A stretch of DNA of 64,000 nt from a bacterium (GCA_043801585.1 JAZDLX010000007.1:1-64000); one strand, 5' to 3'; shown: positions 10,554 through 21,182, numbered from the stretch's first letter. A program made the numbers and translations. The notes: a model not told the origin generated them from the letters alone.

Positions 10554-11060
10554 ATGCAGACAATCATGTTCGCCATGCTGGCCATCGTCGCCCTGTTCGG
10601 TGCGGTCATGGTCATCACGCGGCGGAACCCGGTGTTCAGCATTCTCTGGCTTGTGCTGACGTTCTTCTGCTATGCCGGACTCTATGTCCTGCTGGGCGCC
10701 AATTTCCTCGCGGCGGTTCAGATCGTGGTGTACGCCGGTGCGATCATGGTCCTTTTCCTGTTCGTGGTCATGATGCTGAACCTGCGCGAACCCGAGAAAC
10801 TCGAAGAGCGGAAACCGATATGGATCGGCCTCGGGACCGTCGTCGGACTCGGGATCGGCCTGGTGCTGATGGCCTACCTGGTACGCGGCGGCGTCGAACT
10901 GATGGCGGACCCCTCCGAGCATTCCTGGGTCCTCGGCAGTTCGAAGTGGCTGGGCAAGGAGCTGTTTACGAATTATGTCCTCGCGGTCGAGATCGCAGGT
11001 GTGCTGCTGCTGGTGGCGGTGATCGGCGCTGTGGCGCTGGCGAAAAAGAACAGGGTGTAA
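10554..11060 (+). CDS. nuoJ: NADH-quinone oxidoreductase subunit J
   Basis: [20 protein letters not shown]. Confidence 0.96.
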   Translation: MQTIMFAMLAIVALFGAVMVITRRNPVFSILWLVLTFFCYAGLYVLLGANFLAAVQIVVYAGAIMVLFLFVVMMLNLREPEKLEERKPIWIGLGTVVGLGIGLVLMAYLVRGGVELMADPSEHSWVLGSSKWLGKELFTNYVLAVEIAGVLLLVAVIGAVALAKKNRV

Positions 11061-11062
11061 CC

Positions 11063-11371
11063 ATGATCGAAATCGGATTGAACCATTTCCTGTGGCTGGC
11101 GGCGGCGCTATTCACCATCGGGGTGATCGGGGTTCTGACGAGGCGCAATGTGCTGATCATCTTCATGTCGGTGGAGCTGATGCTGAACTCGGCGAATCTG
11201 ACCCTGATCGCGTTCAGCCATTACCTGGAGATCATCGCCGGGCAGGTCTTCGTTTTCTTCAGCATGACCGTGGCCGCCGCTGAAGTCGGCATCGGTCTGG
11301 CGATCGTCGTCACCATTTTCCGCAACATCGAATCGCTGGATGTGACGAAACTGAATTTGTTAAAGAACTAA
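11063..11371 (+). CDS. nuoK: NADH-quinone oxidoreductase subunit K
   Basis: MSVELMLN and [11 protein letters not shown]. Confidence 0.96.
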   Translation: MIEIGLNHFLWLAAALFTIGVIGVLTRRNVLIIFMSVELMLNSANLTLIAFSHYLEIIAGQVFVFFSMTVAAAEVGIGLAIVVTIFRNIESLDVTKLNLLKN

Positions 11372-11373
11372 AA

Positions 11374-11576
11374 TCTTTGAAACAGAATTAACAGGATAGG
11401 CAGGATGAAAAAGACACACAGGATAATTCATTTAACAACAAAATTATTTTGGTTTTATCCTGTACATCCCGTTTCAAGAAGTTGTTGTTTAAGTTGAAGT
11501 TGTGTCAGGTCGTGCGCCGTATTGGTAATAGTGTCTTTTATCATCTTATAAATCTTGTGCATCCTGTTCCAAGAAG
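11374..11576 (+). repeat. Empty ACAGGAT inverted-repeat element between nuoK and nuoL
   Basis: One left arm (gaaacagaattaacaggataggcaggatgaaaaagacac) and two right arms ending atcccgtttcaagaag and atcctgttccaagaag. Confidence 0.8.
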
Positions 11577-11638
11577 TTGCAGTCGTTGCTGTCTGAACAT
11601 GTGAACCAAGAGATCCTGCGAACGCAGGGAGGACTTTC

Positions 11639-13651
11639 GTGGAACACCACGCTACTGAAATGGTCCAGACCGCTGCTGCATCGATCGACATGGGCTATGC
11701 GGTCTGGCTGCTGATCTTTCCGCTTATCGGTGTGATCGTCAACGGCCTGTTCACCCGACGGCTGCCGGAGAAAGTCATCGGCTGGTTTGGCAGCGCGACG
11801 ATTATCGCCAGCTTCGCGGTGGCGGTGAGCTTGATGATGCAGCTCGCCGGACTCGAACCGCACCAGCGGTCGGTGGAAGTTGTCGTCTTCAACTGGCTTC
11901 ACGTCGGCCAGTTGAACCTCGACTTCGCTTTCCTGATCGATCCGCTCTCCGCCGTGATGCTGCTTGTGGTCACCGGCATCAGCTCTCTGATCCACATCTA
12001 CAGCATCGGCTACATGCATGACGATCCGAGGTTCCAGACGTTTTTCACCTACATGAACCTCTTCGTCTTTTTCATGCTGACCCTGGTGCTCGGAAACAGC
12101 TACCCGATTCTTTTCATCGGTTGGGAGGGCGTCGGCCTCTGCAGCTACCTGCTGATCGGGTTCTGGTGGGAGGACATGGAAAAGGCCAAGGCGGGGATGA
12201 AGGCCTTTATCGTCAACCGCATCGGTGACTTCGGTATGCTGGTGGCGATGTTCCTCCTGTTCAAACACCTCGGGACGCTGACCTTCTCGGAAGTCTTTCC
12301 CCTTGCCGCGGAAACATGGGGTCACAGCCTCAACGCTGCCCCGATTGTGGCGATCACCCTGATGCTGCTGCTCGGCGCGGCGGGCAAGAGCGCACAATTC
12401 CCGTTGTACGTCTGGCTTCCCGATGCAATGGCGGGTCCGACGCCCGTGTCCGCGTTGATCCACGCCGCGACAATGGTCACCGCCGGTGTGTACATGATCG
12501 CCCGCAGCAACATGCTCTACATGCTGGCGCCGACCTCGATGACCGTGGTGGCGCTGGTTGGTGCGTTCACGGCGATTTTCGCGGCAACCATCGGCATCAA
12601 GCAATTCGACATCAAGAAGATCCTCGCCTATTCAACCGTCAGCCAGCTCGGATACATGGTGATGGCAACGGGGGTCGCGGCGTTCAGCTCCGGCATCTTC
12701 CACCTGATGACCCACGCCTTTTTCAAAGCGCTGCTGTTCCTTGGCGCGGGCGCTGTGATTCACACGATGCACGGCGGCCTGCACCACGTCCACGACCACA
12801 ACACCGACGCGCAGGACATCCGCAACATGGGCGGCTTGCGCAAGAAGATCCCGATCACCTATGTGACCTTCCTGTTCGCTACGCTGGCTATCTGCGGCAT
12901 CCCCGGCTTTTCGGGTTTCTTCAGCAAGGATGAAATTCTCGCTTCGACGTTCGCGCATGGCAGCTACCTGCCCTACGCGCTGGGATTGATCGCGGCGGTA
13001 ATCACGGCCTTCTACATGTTCCGCCTCGTATACCTCACGTTCTTCGGCGAGTACAAGGGACCGCGCGGGAGTGAAGAGGCGCTGCACGAGAGCCCGCCGG
13101 TGATGACCATCCCCTTGATCATCCTTGCGTTGCTGGCGGTTGTCGGCGGTTATGTCGGGCTCCCAATTGTCTTCGGCGAGAAGCTTCACATCTTCAAGGC
13201 GTGGCTGGACCCGGTGTTCGAGCCTGCCTTTGAGGCAGTTCACTACCATGCCCACCACCCCACGATGTCTCTCGAATGGATGTTGATCGGCGTTTCGGTG
13301 GTCGCGGCGCTGCTGGGGATCATCATCGCCAACGTGATGTATATCCGCCAGGGCAAGGTTGGCAAAAGCGATGAGGAGCAGGCTGGTCTCGGCAAGCTGG
13401 TGTGGCGCAAGTACTACGTGGATGAGATCTACGACGCCGGGTTCATCAGGCCGTTGATCAACCTCTGCCGCCTCGCCTGGAACAAGTTCGACGATGCGGT
13501 GGTGGACCGTGGCATGGTGCTCGGAAGTGCGCGCACGGTGTTCGGAGCGGGCGGGTACCTGAGGCGTCTGCAGACAGGGATTGTCGGCAACTACGCGCTG
13601 ATGCTTGCGGTCGGCGTTGTGGTCATACTGGCGGTGGTGCTGGTCCGTTGA
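11639..13651 (+). CDS. nuoL: NADH-quinone oxidoreductase subunit L
   Basis: GKSAQFPLYVWLPDAMAGPTPVSALIHAATMVTAG and HLMTHAFFKALLF. Confidence 0.98.
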   Translation: MEHHATEMVQTAAASIDMGYAVWLLIFPLIGVIVNGLFTRRLPEKVIGWFGSATIIASFAVAVSLMMQLAGLEPHQRSVEVVVFNWLHVGQLNLDFAFLIDPLSAVMLLVVTGISSLIHIYSIGYMHDDPRFQTFFTYMNLFVFFMLTLVLGNSYPILFIGWEGVGLCSYLLIGFWWEDMEKAKAGMKAFIVNRIGDFGMLVAMFLLFKHLGTLTFSEVFPLAAETWGHSLNAAPIVAITLMLLLGAAGKSAQFPLYVWLPDAMAGPTPVSALIHAATMVTAGVYMIARSNMLYMLAPTSMTVVALVGAFTAIFAATIGIKQFDIKKILAYSTVSQLGYMVMATGVAAFSSGIFHLMTHAFFKALLFLGAGAVIHTMHGGLHHVHDHNTDAQDIRNMGGLRKKIPITYVTFLFATLAICGIPGFSGFFSKDEILASTFAHGSYLPYALGLIAAVITAFYMFRLVYLTFFGEYKGPRGSEEALHESPPVMTIPLIILALLAVVGGYVGLPIVFGEKLHIFKAWLDPVFEPAFEAVHYHAHHPTMSLEWMLIGVSVVAALLGIIIANVMYIRQGKVGKSDEEQAGLGKLVWRKYYVDEIYDAGFIRPLINLCRLAWNKFDDAVVDRGMVLGSARTVFGAGGYLRRLQTGIVGNYALMLAVGVVVILAVVLVR

Positions 13652-13673
13652 GGCCGGTTCGATTCGGGAGAGA

Positions 13674-15155
<1,482 letters not shown>

Positions 15156-15170
15156 AGGAAGAGGACGAAG

Positions 15171-16637
15171 ATGTTTGACAACCTGATCGCCGGTATGCAT
15201 GTCGGACGCATCCTGCCAGAAATCCTCACAGTCGTGGTCGCGATTGCGGCGCTGCTCGCGGATGTGATTCTGCCGCGTGGACGCAGCACACGGGGCGTGC
15301 AGCTCGTCACCCTCGCCGGACTGCTGCTCGTGATCGTCTCGGCCCTCTTCAAAGCGAACGACCTCGGACAGGCGTTTGGCGGCATGGTGATGGTGGACCG
15401 CTTCACCTTCTTTTTCCGCCTGATCCTTCCGCTGATCACGATTTTCATCGTCTTCGTCAGCGAAGGTTTCATCGAGCGGGCGAAAATCCGCATCGGCGAA
15501 TACTACCTGATGCTGCTCTTCAGCCTGTTCGGAATGGAACTGATGGTGATGGCGCAGGACCTGCTGATCCTGTTCCTCGGCATCGAAACGATGTCCATCA
15601 GTCTCTACACGCTGGTTGGCCTCAGCCGCCACCGTCGCGCCAGCAATGAAGGCGCGCTGAAATATTTCCTGCTCGGCGCGTTCACGACCGGTTTCCTGCT
15701 CTACGGCATCGCCCTGATGTTTGGTTTGACCGGTTCAACGAACCTCATCGACATCATGGCGTTTTTCCATGGAACGCCGGACATCCCGCTGCTTGGTTGG
15801 GCTGCGAGTGGATTGATCCTGGTCGCACTGGCGTTCAAAACGGCGCTGGTGCCGTTTCACTGGTGGTCGCCGGACGCCTATGAAGGCGCTCCGACGACGG
15901 TTACCGCGTTCATGTCCACCGCGCCGAAAGCGGCGGCCTTCGCGGCGTTCATTCGCGTTTTCTACGTCGGCTTCGCCGACCTGACGGTGGGGTGGACCCC
16001 GGTGCTCTGGTGGATCGCGGTGCTGACAATGACCTTTGGCAACCTGCTCGCCCTGCGTCAGGACAGCGTCAAACGAATGCTCGCCTTCTCATCGATCACC
16101 CATGCGGGCTACCTCGTCGTGGCGTTCCTCACCTTCGAGGCGATGGGGGCGGCGGCGATGCTGTTTTATCTCGTCGCCTACGCCTTCATGAACATCGGTG
16201 CGTTCGTGGTGGCAATCGCTGCGAACCGGGACGAAAACGCTGAGAAAGGCTATTCCTACGACGAGTACAAGGGGTTGGCCTACCGGCGGCCGTGGATGGC
16301 CATCGCGATGATGATCTTCATGCTGTCGCTGGCGGGAATCCCGCCGACAGCGGGCTTCTTCGGCAAGTATTACATCTTCAGCGCGGCGATCCGCAGCGGT
16401 TTTGTCGGACTGGCGGTGATCGGGGTGCTGAACAGCGCCGTGAGCGTTTATTACTACCTGCGCCTGATCGTCAGCATGTTCCTCAAGGATCGTGACGAGG
16501 CGAGCGAGGCTCCGCTGTTCTGGCAGTCGGAAATGGCTCAGGCGGTGGTGATCTGCGCGATTTTGATCCTGCTGATCGGGCTGTTCCCGCAGCAATTGCT
16601 GAACGTCGCGACGGCGAGTGTCGCCAGCCTTTGGTAG
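15171..16637 (+). CDS. nuoN: NADH-quinone oxidoreductase subunit N
   Basis: EGALKYFLLG, PFHWWSPDAYEGAP and SLAGIPPTAGFFGK. Confidence 0.97.
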   Translation: MFDNLIAGMHVGRILPEILTVVVAIAALLADVILPRGRSTRGVQLVTLAGLLLVIVSALFKANDLGQAFGGMVMVDRFTFFFRLILPLITIFIVFVSEGFIERAKIRIGEYYLMLLFSLFGMELMVMAQDLLILFLGIETMSISLYTLVGLSRHRRASNEGALKYFLLGAFTTGFLLYGIALMFGLTGSTNLIDIMAFFHGTPDIPLLGWAASGLILVALAFKTALVPFHWWSPDAYEGAPTTVTAFMSTAPKAAAFAAFIRVFYVGFADLTVGWTPVLWWIAVLTMTFGNLLALRQDSVKRMLAFSSITHAGYLVVAFLTFEAMGAAAMLFYLVAYAFMNIGAFVVAIAANRDENAEKGYSYDEYKGLAYRRPWMAIAMMIFMLSLAGIPPTAGFFGKYYIFSAAIRSGFVGLAVIGVLNSAVSVYYYLRLIVSMFLKDRDEASEAPLFWQSEMAQAVVICAILILLIGLFPQQLLNVATASVASLW

Positions 16638-16697
16638 CGAACCTGACGTTCGACGCGGTATCGCGCCAAAGCTTGGCGGCGCGACGAAATAGTTTGC

Positions 16698-16729
16698 AAC
16701 CCGGGGAAGCATCCCCGGGTTCTTTTATT
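16698..16729 (+). terminator. Intrinsic terminator of the nuo operon
   Basis: aacccgggga-agca-tccccgggtt followed by a T-rich tail. Confidence 0.85.
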
Positions 16730-16792
16730 AGTACCTGGACGGACATATTCAGGCTGCGCTGACGTTCAAGTGATGAGTGAAAAGAATCTCGT

Positions 16793-16820
16793 AACCCCTC
16801 TCGACAAGAGGGGTTTTCTT
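16793..16820 (+). terminator. Second intrinsic terminator
   Basis: aacccctct-cgaca-agaggggtt followed by a T-rich tail. Confidence 0.75.
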
Positions 16821-17067
16821 ATTTAGGCGGTAATGGGCGCGGTCTGCTCCCTGTTAATGGGCAGAGCGGAGGATGTACAGCGTTCTCCCTTCAAAGGTAT
16901 TCATACCTCAATCATTCATTCTTGAACTGGATCTCCCTGTGGTCTGTAGAGATCTATAAATCTGACACTTGCGAATATATCACAAATTCACAATTTAGTC
17001 TATTGATAGTTGTATAAATGGAATCAGTTGCCGTAAGTTGCGGTTTAATCACACTCAGGAGGTGGGA

Positions 17068-17619
17068 ATGATCGACAATCGCGTTCTGATCGCGCTGTCG
17101 ATAGTGCTTCTTTTATTCATCGGCTCAGCCGTCTTTGCCCAATCTGAAACTGACCAACCTGAACGACGCTGCCCCGCCTGCAACACACTGAATCGCCCCG
17201 ATGCAAAATTCTGTAAGAACTGTGGTGCAGCGCTTACTCCTCTGCCTCAAAAAAGAGTGGAACAGCAGACCGATTCCCTGCAACAGGACGAAAACGGTTT
17301 GTCGCAGTCTGAACGGAACGATCGGTTGCCCGCCGGATTCAAACGCGACTTGAACTCGCTCTCCCGTGAGGAATTAATCCAACTCCTGCAGAAGATCGAC
17401 AAGTACCAGGTAAGTGCAGGGAAAGCTCCATCGCTGCCTGAAGGGTCGATTGCCTACATGACGGAGGATGAACTCCGCGCCATGGTGACGGGCATTGTGA
17501 AACAGGAACTGGATCAGCACCGGCCGCAAGCGAGGAGTGATCCGGTTGGTGCGTTTTTCAAATTCATTGGAGCGATCACACTTTTTATACTGGTGATCGC
17601 ACTGATTGCGGCATCCTGA
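17068..17619 (+). CDS. Exported zinc-ribbon protein with C-terminal TM anchor
   Basis: AGGAGGT RBS; signal peptide ending AVFA; CPAC...CKNC; hydrophobic C-terminus. Confidence 0.8.
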   Translation: MIDNRVLIALSIVLLLFIGSAVFAQSETDQPERRCPACNTLNRPDAKFCKNCGAALTPLPQKRVEQQTDSLQQDENGLSQSERNDRLPAGFKRDLNSLSREELIQLLQKIDKYQVSAGKAPSLPEGSIAYMTEDELRAMVTGIVKQELDQHRPQARSDPVGAFFKFIGAITLFILVIALIAAS

Positions 17620-17680
17620 CGACTCCGCTTCCATTTCGCCGCAAGGGTAGAAGAATCACATCTGAAAGTGAGGTTTCACG

Positions 17681-19036
17681 ATGAGAAACCGGTTCCTGTT
17701 GATTCTCGCGATGCTGGTCCTGTTTCTCGGAACTGCAGGTGCACTTGCGCAGGAAACTCAGGCAGATCAACCGATCTACTGCCCCAATTGCCACGCTGAA
17801 CTCGCCCCGGGTAGCCGTTTCTGCACGGAATGCGGGTACGACCTGTCGAATAAGACTGACCCCGTTGCCCAATCCATCTTCGATTCCACGGCCGCACCCA
17901 CTGTCGAAGTTGGCATGTCAAAACAGTTTCATCTGAAAGACGGCAATGTGGTATTCGGCACCGTCACCGCGCTGGAGGAAGGGGGGAAGATCGCTGTGAT
18001 CTCATCTCCGGACGGCACCCTAAAGCTTCCGGTCCGCGAGATCCTGGAAGAGATGGTGGATGTTCGCAAGACGGATGGTGCCCATTATGTTGGACCGGTA
18101 CTCTCTGAGGATGAAGTCCAACTCTCGATCCGAACTCCTTATGGTGACGTGATTGTGAAGAAACTTGACATCCAGACGATGGACCGTTATTGGGGCAGCA
18201 AGAAAGTCAGTTGGGTTGAGGAACGGGAGCGGTTCATGGCCCGTGAAGAACTGACAGATATCTTTGCCGATCCTACTGCCTTTCCGTTGAATCCCCGCGT
18301 GATCTACCTGAGTGGCATGTCAATGGGATACGGATTCACGAAGAATTTCATGCTGCGCACTCAATTTGGACTCGACCTGATCGGGGATCTGAACCTGCAT
18401 CCGTTTATTCGTCTGATGCACCATACAGAAGGCGTCACCGAAACGAGTTTTTCCATGGGAATGAAGATGTACACTCATCACAAAATGCGGAATGAGGTCG
18501 AGAAGTACAGTCACTGGATTATTGAATCCGCCACCGGAAAGCGTATGGATGAGGCGGGTCAACCGAATGTGGAACACATCATGAGGGAACCGGATGAAAA
18601 GGTGTTTTTCTGGAGCGGCTATATGGTCTATAGCCGGCGACAGAATCTTCCAGGTGGGAGGGGCAAGTGGGGTTGGCATGTCGGTCTCACCACAAATTCG
18701 ATCATCTTCAACGACATCCATTATTTGAAAGGATACGATTGGGATAGTTCCTTTTTCTGGCCGGTACGAACCTGGGTAGCCATGGATTATGACCTGTCCA
18801 AGGAACTCAAATTCCTTATTGAGATTTTCGCTGACAATGGTCACAAATACATTGAATTCAACGATGCGATCGCAAGTTACATGGGAGATGATGGTACACC
18901 CTTTACTGTAGAAGCACAGCGGGGATCGTTTCAACCGATCGATCTTGATTTTGGATTCCTCTACACTGTCAACGATAATTTCCGTGTCGGAATTCATTTC
19001 CAATCGCCATTCCTTGCCCTTTACTGGAAATGGTGA
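17681..19036 (+). CDS. Exported zinc-ribbon protein with probable C-terminal outer-membrane beta-barrel
   Basis: Signal peptide ending ALA; CPNC...CTEC; alternating aromatic beta-strands ending LYWKW. Confidence 0.8.
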   Translation: MRNRFLLILAMLVLFLGTAGALAQETQADQPIYCPNCHAELAPGSRFCTECGYDLSNKTDPVAQSIFDSTAAPTVEVGMSKQFHLKDGNVVFGTVTALEEGGKIAVISSPDGTLKLPVREILEEMVDVRKTDGAHYVGPVLSEDEVQLSIRTPYGDVIVKKLDIQTMDRYWGSKKVSWVEERERFMAREELTDIFADPTAFPLNPRVIYLSGMSMGYGFTKNFMLRTQFGLDLIGDLNLHPFIRLMHHTEGVTETSFSMGMKMYTHHKMRNEVEKYSHWIIESATGKRMDEAGQPNVEHIMREPDEKVFFWSGYMVYSRRQNLPGGRGKWGWHVGLTTNSIIFNDIHYLKGYDWDSSFFWPVRTWVAMDYDLSKELKFLIEIFADNGHKYIEFNDAIASYMGDDGTPFTVEAQRGSFQPIDLDFGFLYTVNDNFRVGIHFQSPFLALYWKW

Positions 19037-19053
19037 TTGACAGAATTCGCCCT

Positions 19054-19167
19054 CGAAGATCGTTTCAGTCGATCGAACAAGATGTTGGATTCACTGATGC
19101 GCTCATCCAATTGACTCGGTTGGGTGTTCATTTCCAGTCTCTTTGCTTAACTGTCGAGTGGGAGTGG
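19054..19167 (+). pseudogene. Diverged tandem copy of the last 38 codons of the preceding gene
   Basis: RRSFQSIEQDVGF...RLGVHFQS...WEW aligns without gaps to RGSFQPIDLDFGF...RVGIHFQS...WKW. Confidence 0.75.
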
Positions 19168-19303
19168 ATTGCGCCACAAATGACGAAATCAGTCAACATG
19201 AACCAATTCGGTTCATTCTGTTAGTCAGCAGCGCGGATAATTTAACTGAATGCCATGTTAGGTGCTGGCTTTCTAGGTGGAAGGCAAACAGGAGGAATTG
19301 CAC

Positions 19304-19921
19304 ATGAAAAGCAGAGAAATTTTGTTGAGGGGATTGCTGTGCGGACTTCTTTGTTTCGGGTTGATGTTCGCTTTTACCGCTTGTGAGAAAGATGAGACGA
19401 CTAGTCCGAACGATAATCAGGGCAATGAAAATACGATTACCGGCACAGTCTACCTCCCCGATTCCCTGGCGAGCTACGTCGTTTGTATCGGCACCCTCGA
19501 GGGTTTCCTCGATTTCTGGACGGACTTCAGCGACACGACGTTGTTAACGATTTCATCTTCCTACGAGGGAACGGCTCCGATCGAGGTGCTGAATACGGTG
19601 GTTCTCGATGCAGGGGAGACTGAACGCACTTACAGTTTCGACATGCCCTCCGAGAATTATGAGAATGTGGATTTCGTTGTAGCGTGGGTTGACAAAAACG
19701 AGGATTCCGCCATCGCGGCGGAGGATGACGGCACAGGGAGTCTACAGTTCCTCGAACAGGCACGAGTCCCGTTGAAGGAGTACGAAGGGGCGTCCTATGT
19801 CATCGATTTTTGGGGGTATATGGCCGCTGGGGATGAATTGGAGTACTTGCTCTTTATCAACAGTGAGAATCTCGGATTAAGCATCGTCGGCACGAGTGGT
19901 TTCGATTTCCACTTCCAGTGA
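19304..19921 (+). CDS. Acidic lipoprotein of unknown function
   Basis: AGGAGG RBS; lipobox FTAC followed by EKDE. Confidence 0.8.
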   Translation: MKSREILLRGLLCGLLCFGLMFAFTACEKDETTSPNDNQGNENTITGTVYLPDSLASYVVCIGTLEGFLDFWTDFSDTTLLTISSSYEGTAPIEVLNTVVLDAGETERTYSFDMPSENYENVDFVVAWVDKNEDSAIAAEDDGTGSLQFLEQARVPLKEYEGASYVIDFWGYMAAGDELEYLLFINSENLGLSIVGTSGFDFHFQ

Positions 19922-19965
19922 TGACGAACTCCAGTCCTTGAAGAAAAACTTCAGCTGAATGCTCG

Positions 19966-19995
19966 AATCCCTCTCGGCGAGAGGGGTTTCGTTTT
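19966..19995 (+). terminator. Intrinsic terminator
   Basis: aatccctctc-ggc-gagaggggtt followed by a T-rich tail. Confidence 0.8.
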
Positions 19996-20014
19996 AACGA
20001 AATTCAATCGTTGT

Positions 20015-20181
20015 GTCGGGTCGTTAGTCCCAAACGGTTGGGACGGAGACCCGACCAGATGGCGAGCAGAGACCTGACACACACAAAGATCCTTCCTCCG
20101 CCTGGCGGCGGGTCAGGATGACTGAATTGTTGCAGGCCGGAGTCTCCGGCAGGGTGGCCTGACCCTTCAGGGTCGGGTTTC
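20015..20181. repeat. Cluster of REP-like palindromes, partly homologous to 48681-48775
   Basis: Hairpin 20015-20055; acacaaagatccttc...caggatgac at 20081-20122; 20152-20181 matches 48746-48775 at 28/30. Confidence 0.8.
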
Positions 20182-20213
20182 TGATCGAAGCGAAAGGCTG
20201 CATAAAGTCTGGC

Positions 20214-20308
20214 GAGTTTCCAGACAGTATTAATATTCCTTCGGAGTTGGTGGAGGAATGGAACCAGCTAAAAGTGGCTTCCTGAATTTCTATTCTGTCT
20301 GGAAACTC
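20214..20308. repeat. 14-bp perfect inverted repeat
   Basis: gagtttccagacag (20214-20227) and ctgtctggaaactc (20295-20308). Confidence 0.75.
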
Positions 20309-20345
20309 ACTGGAGCACTGGCAGGCCTATCTTCCAAAGTGACTG

Positions 20346-20657
20346 TCACTGCTTCATACTCATCTTGCTCAATGCCGACCGCACCTTGTCCTCCATGTGC
20401 GCATCACGGTCTCGGCGGTCGTCGATCTTGATCACGGTTCCGACCCGTTTTGCGCCCGCCTCGAAGAGGGCTTCGTGCATCTTCGCAGCAACCTCCATCA
20501 GCACGGGGAAATCACCCTCGATGGAGGTGAACATCGGGCCAAGTTCCCAGCGGACGCGGCCGTCCTGCTTCAGCACCTCCAGCGCTTTCGCGACGTAGCC
20601 GCTGACACCGGTTCCCTCGGAAACCGTGGGTGCGACGCTGATTGCCATGATCGCCAT
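20346..20657 (-). CDS. MTH1187/YkoF-family thiamine-binding protein (DUF77)
   Basis: ISVAP, GPMFTSIEG and IKIDDRRD pattern; GGAG RBS. Confidence 0.9.
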   Translation of the reverse strand: MAIMAISVAPTVSEGTGVSGYVAKALEVLKQDGRVRWELGPMFTSIEGDFPVLMEVAAKMHEALFEAGAKRVGTVIKIDDRRDRDAHMEDKVRSALSKMSMKQ

Positions 20658-20701
20658 CGTACACTCCAGGTGAAATCACTCTATAAAAGTGAAAACAGCT
20701 T

Positions 20702-20814
20702 GAAACAGGATATACAGGATTGAACAGGATGAAAAGAATGTAGAAATCGTCAACGAACAAATGCTTGCCTTCAGGATTTATCCTATCCATCCTGCCTCAT
20801 TCTGTGCATCCCGT
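20702..20814 (+). repeat. Third, empty ACAGGAT inverted-repeat element
   Basis: gaaacaggatatacaggattgaacaggat ... atcctgcctcattctgtgcatcccgt. Confidence 0.8.
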
Positions 20815-20899
20815 AAGGTCTTTCTTCTCGTCTCTTAAATTCAATATATACAAAAATCAACTACCTGTACCTCGCAACTCCTGGTCCACCTTGACCACC

Positions 20900-20928
20900 T
20901 TGACATACCCAGGGCGCGCCCCTACCTT
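20900..20928 (+). promoter_or_regulatory. sigma70 promoter of rpmE
   Basis: TTGACA-N17-TACCTT. Confidence 0.75.
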
Positions 20929-20966
20929 TCATGGCTGTTAACGACGCATCTGAAAGGTCTTGGACG

Positions 20967-21176
20967 ATGAAAGCGGACATCCATCCGGCATACCACTACG
21001 TGACAGTCAAGTGTGCCTGTGGTCATGAGTGGAATACGCGCAGCACGAAGTCGGGCGAAATCAAGGTCGAAATCTGCTCCAACTGCCACCCCTTCTTCAC
21101 GGGCAAGCAGAAGCTGGTCGATACGGCCGGCCGTGTGGACAAGTTCTACCGCAAATACGGCATACAGCCGAAGTAA
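20967..21176 (+). CDS. rpmE: 50S ribosomal protein L31 (Zn-binding type)
   Basis: MKADIHP, CAC and [21 protein letters not shown]. Confidence 0.98.
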   Translation: MKADIHPAYHYVTVKCACGHEWNTRSTKSGEIKVEICSNCHPFFTGKQKLVDTAGRVDKFYRKYGIQPK

Positions 21177-21182
21177 CGTCCC

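Noticed and set aside
9476..11576. CRISPR array from the ACAGGAT repeats
   Set aside because: The units are 9-nt periodic and arranged as inverted arms, with no unique spacers and no cas genes.
16969..16985. Rex-like operator TTGCGA...TCACAA
   Set aside because: It is 17 nt rather than the 18-nt palindrome and is imperfect.
18920..19167. Diversity-generating retroelement VR/TR pair
   Set aside because: Differences are not adenine-specific (for example ccg/tcg and ttt/gtt) and no reverse transcriptase is in the window.
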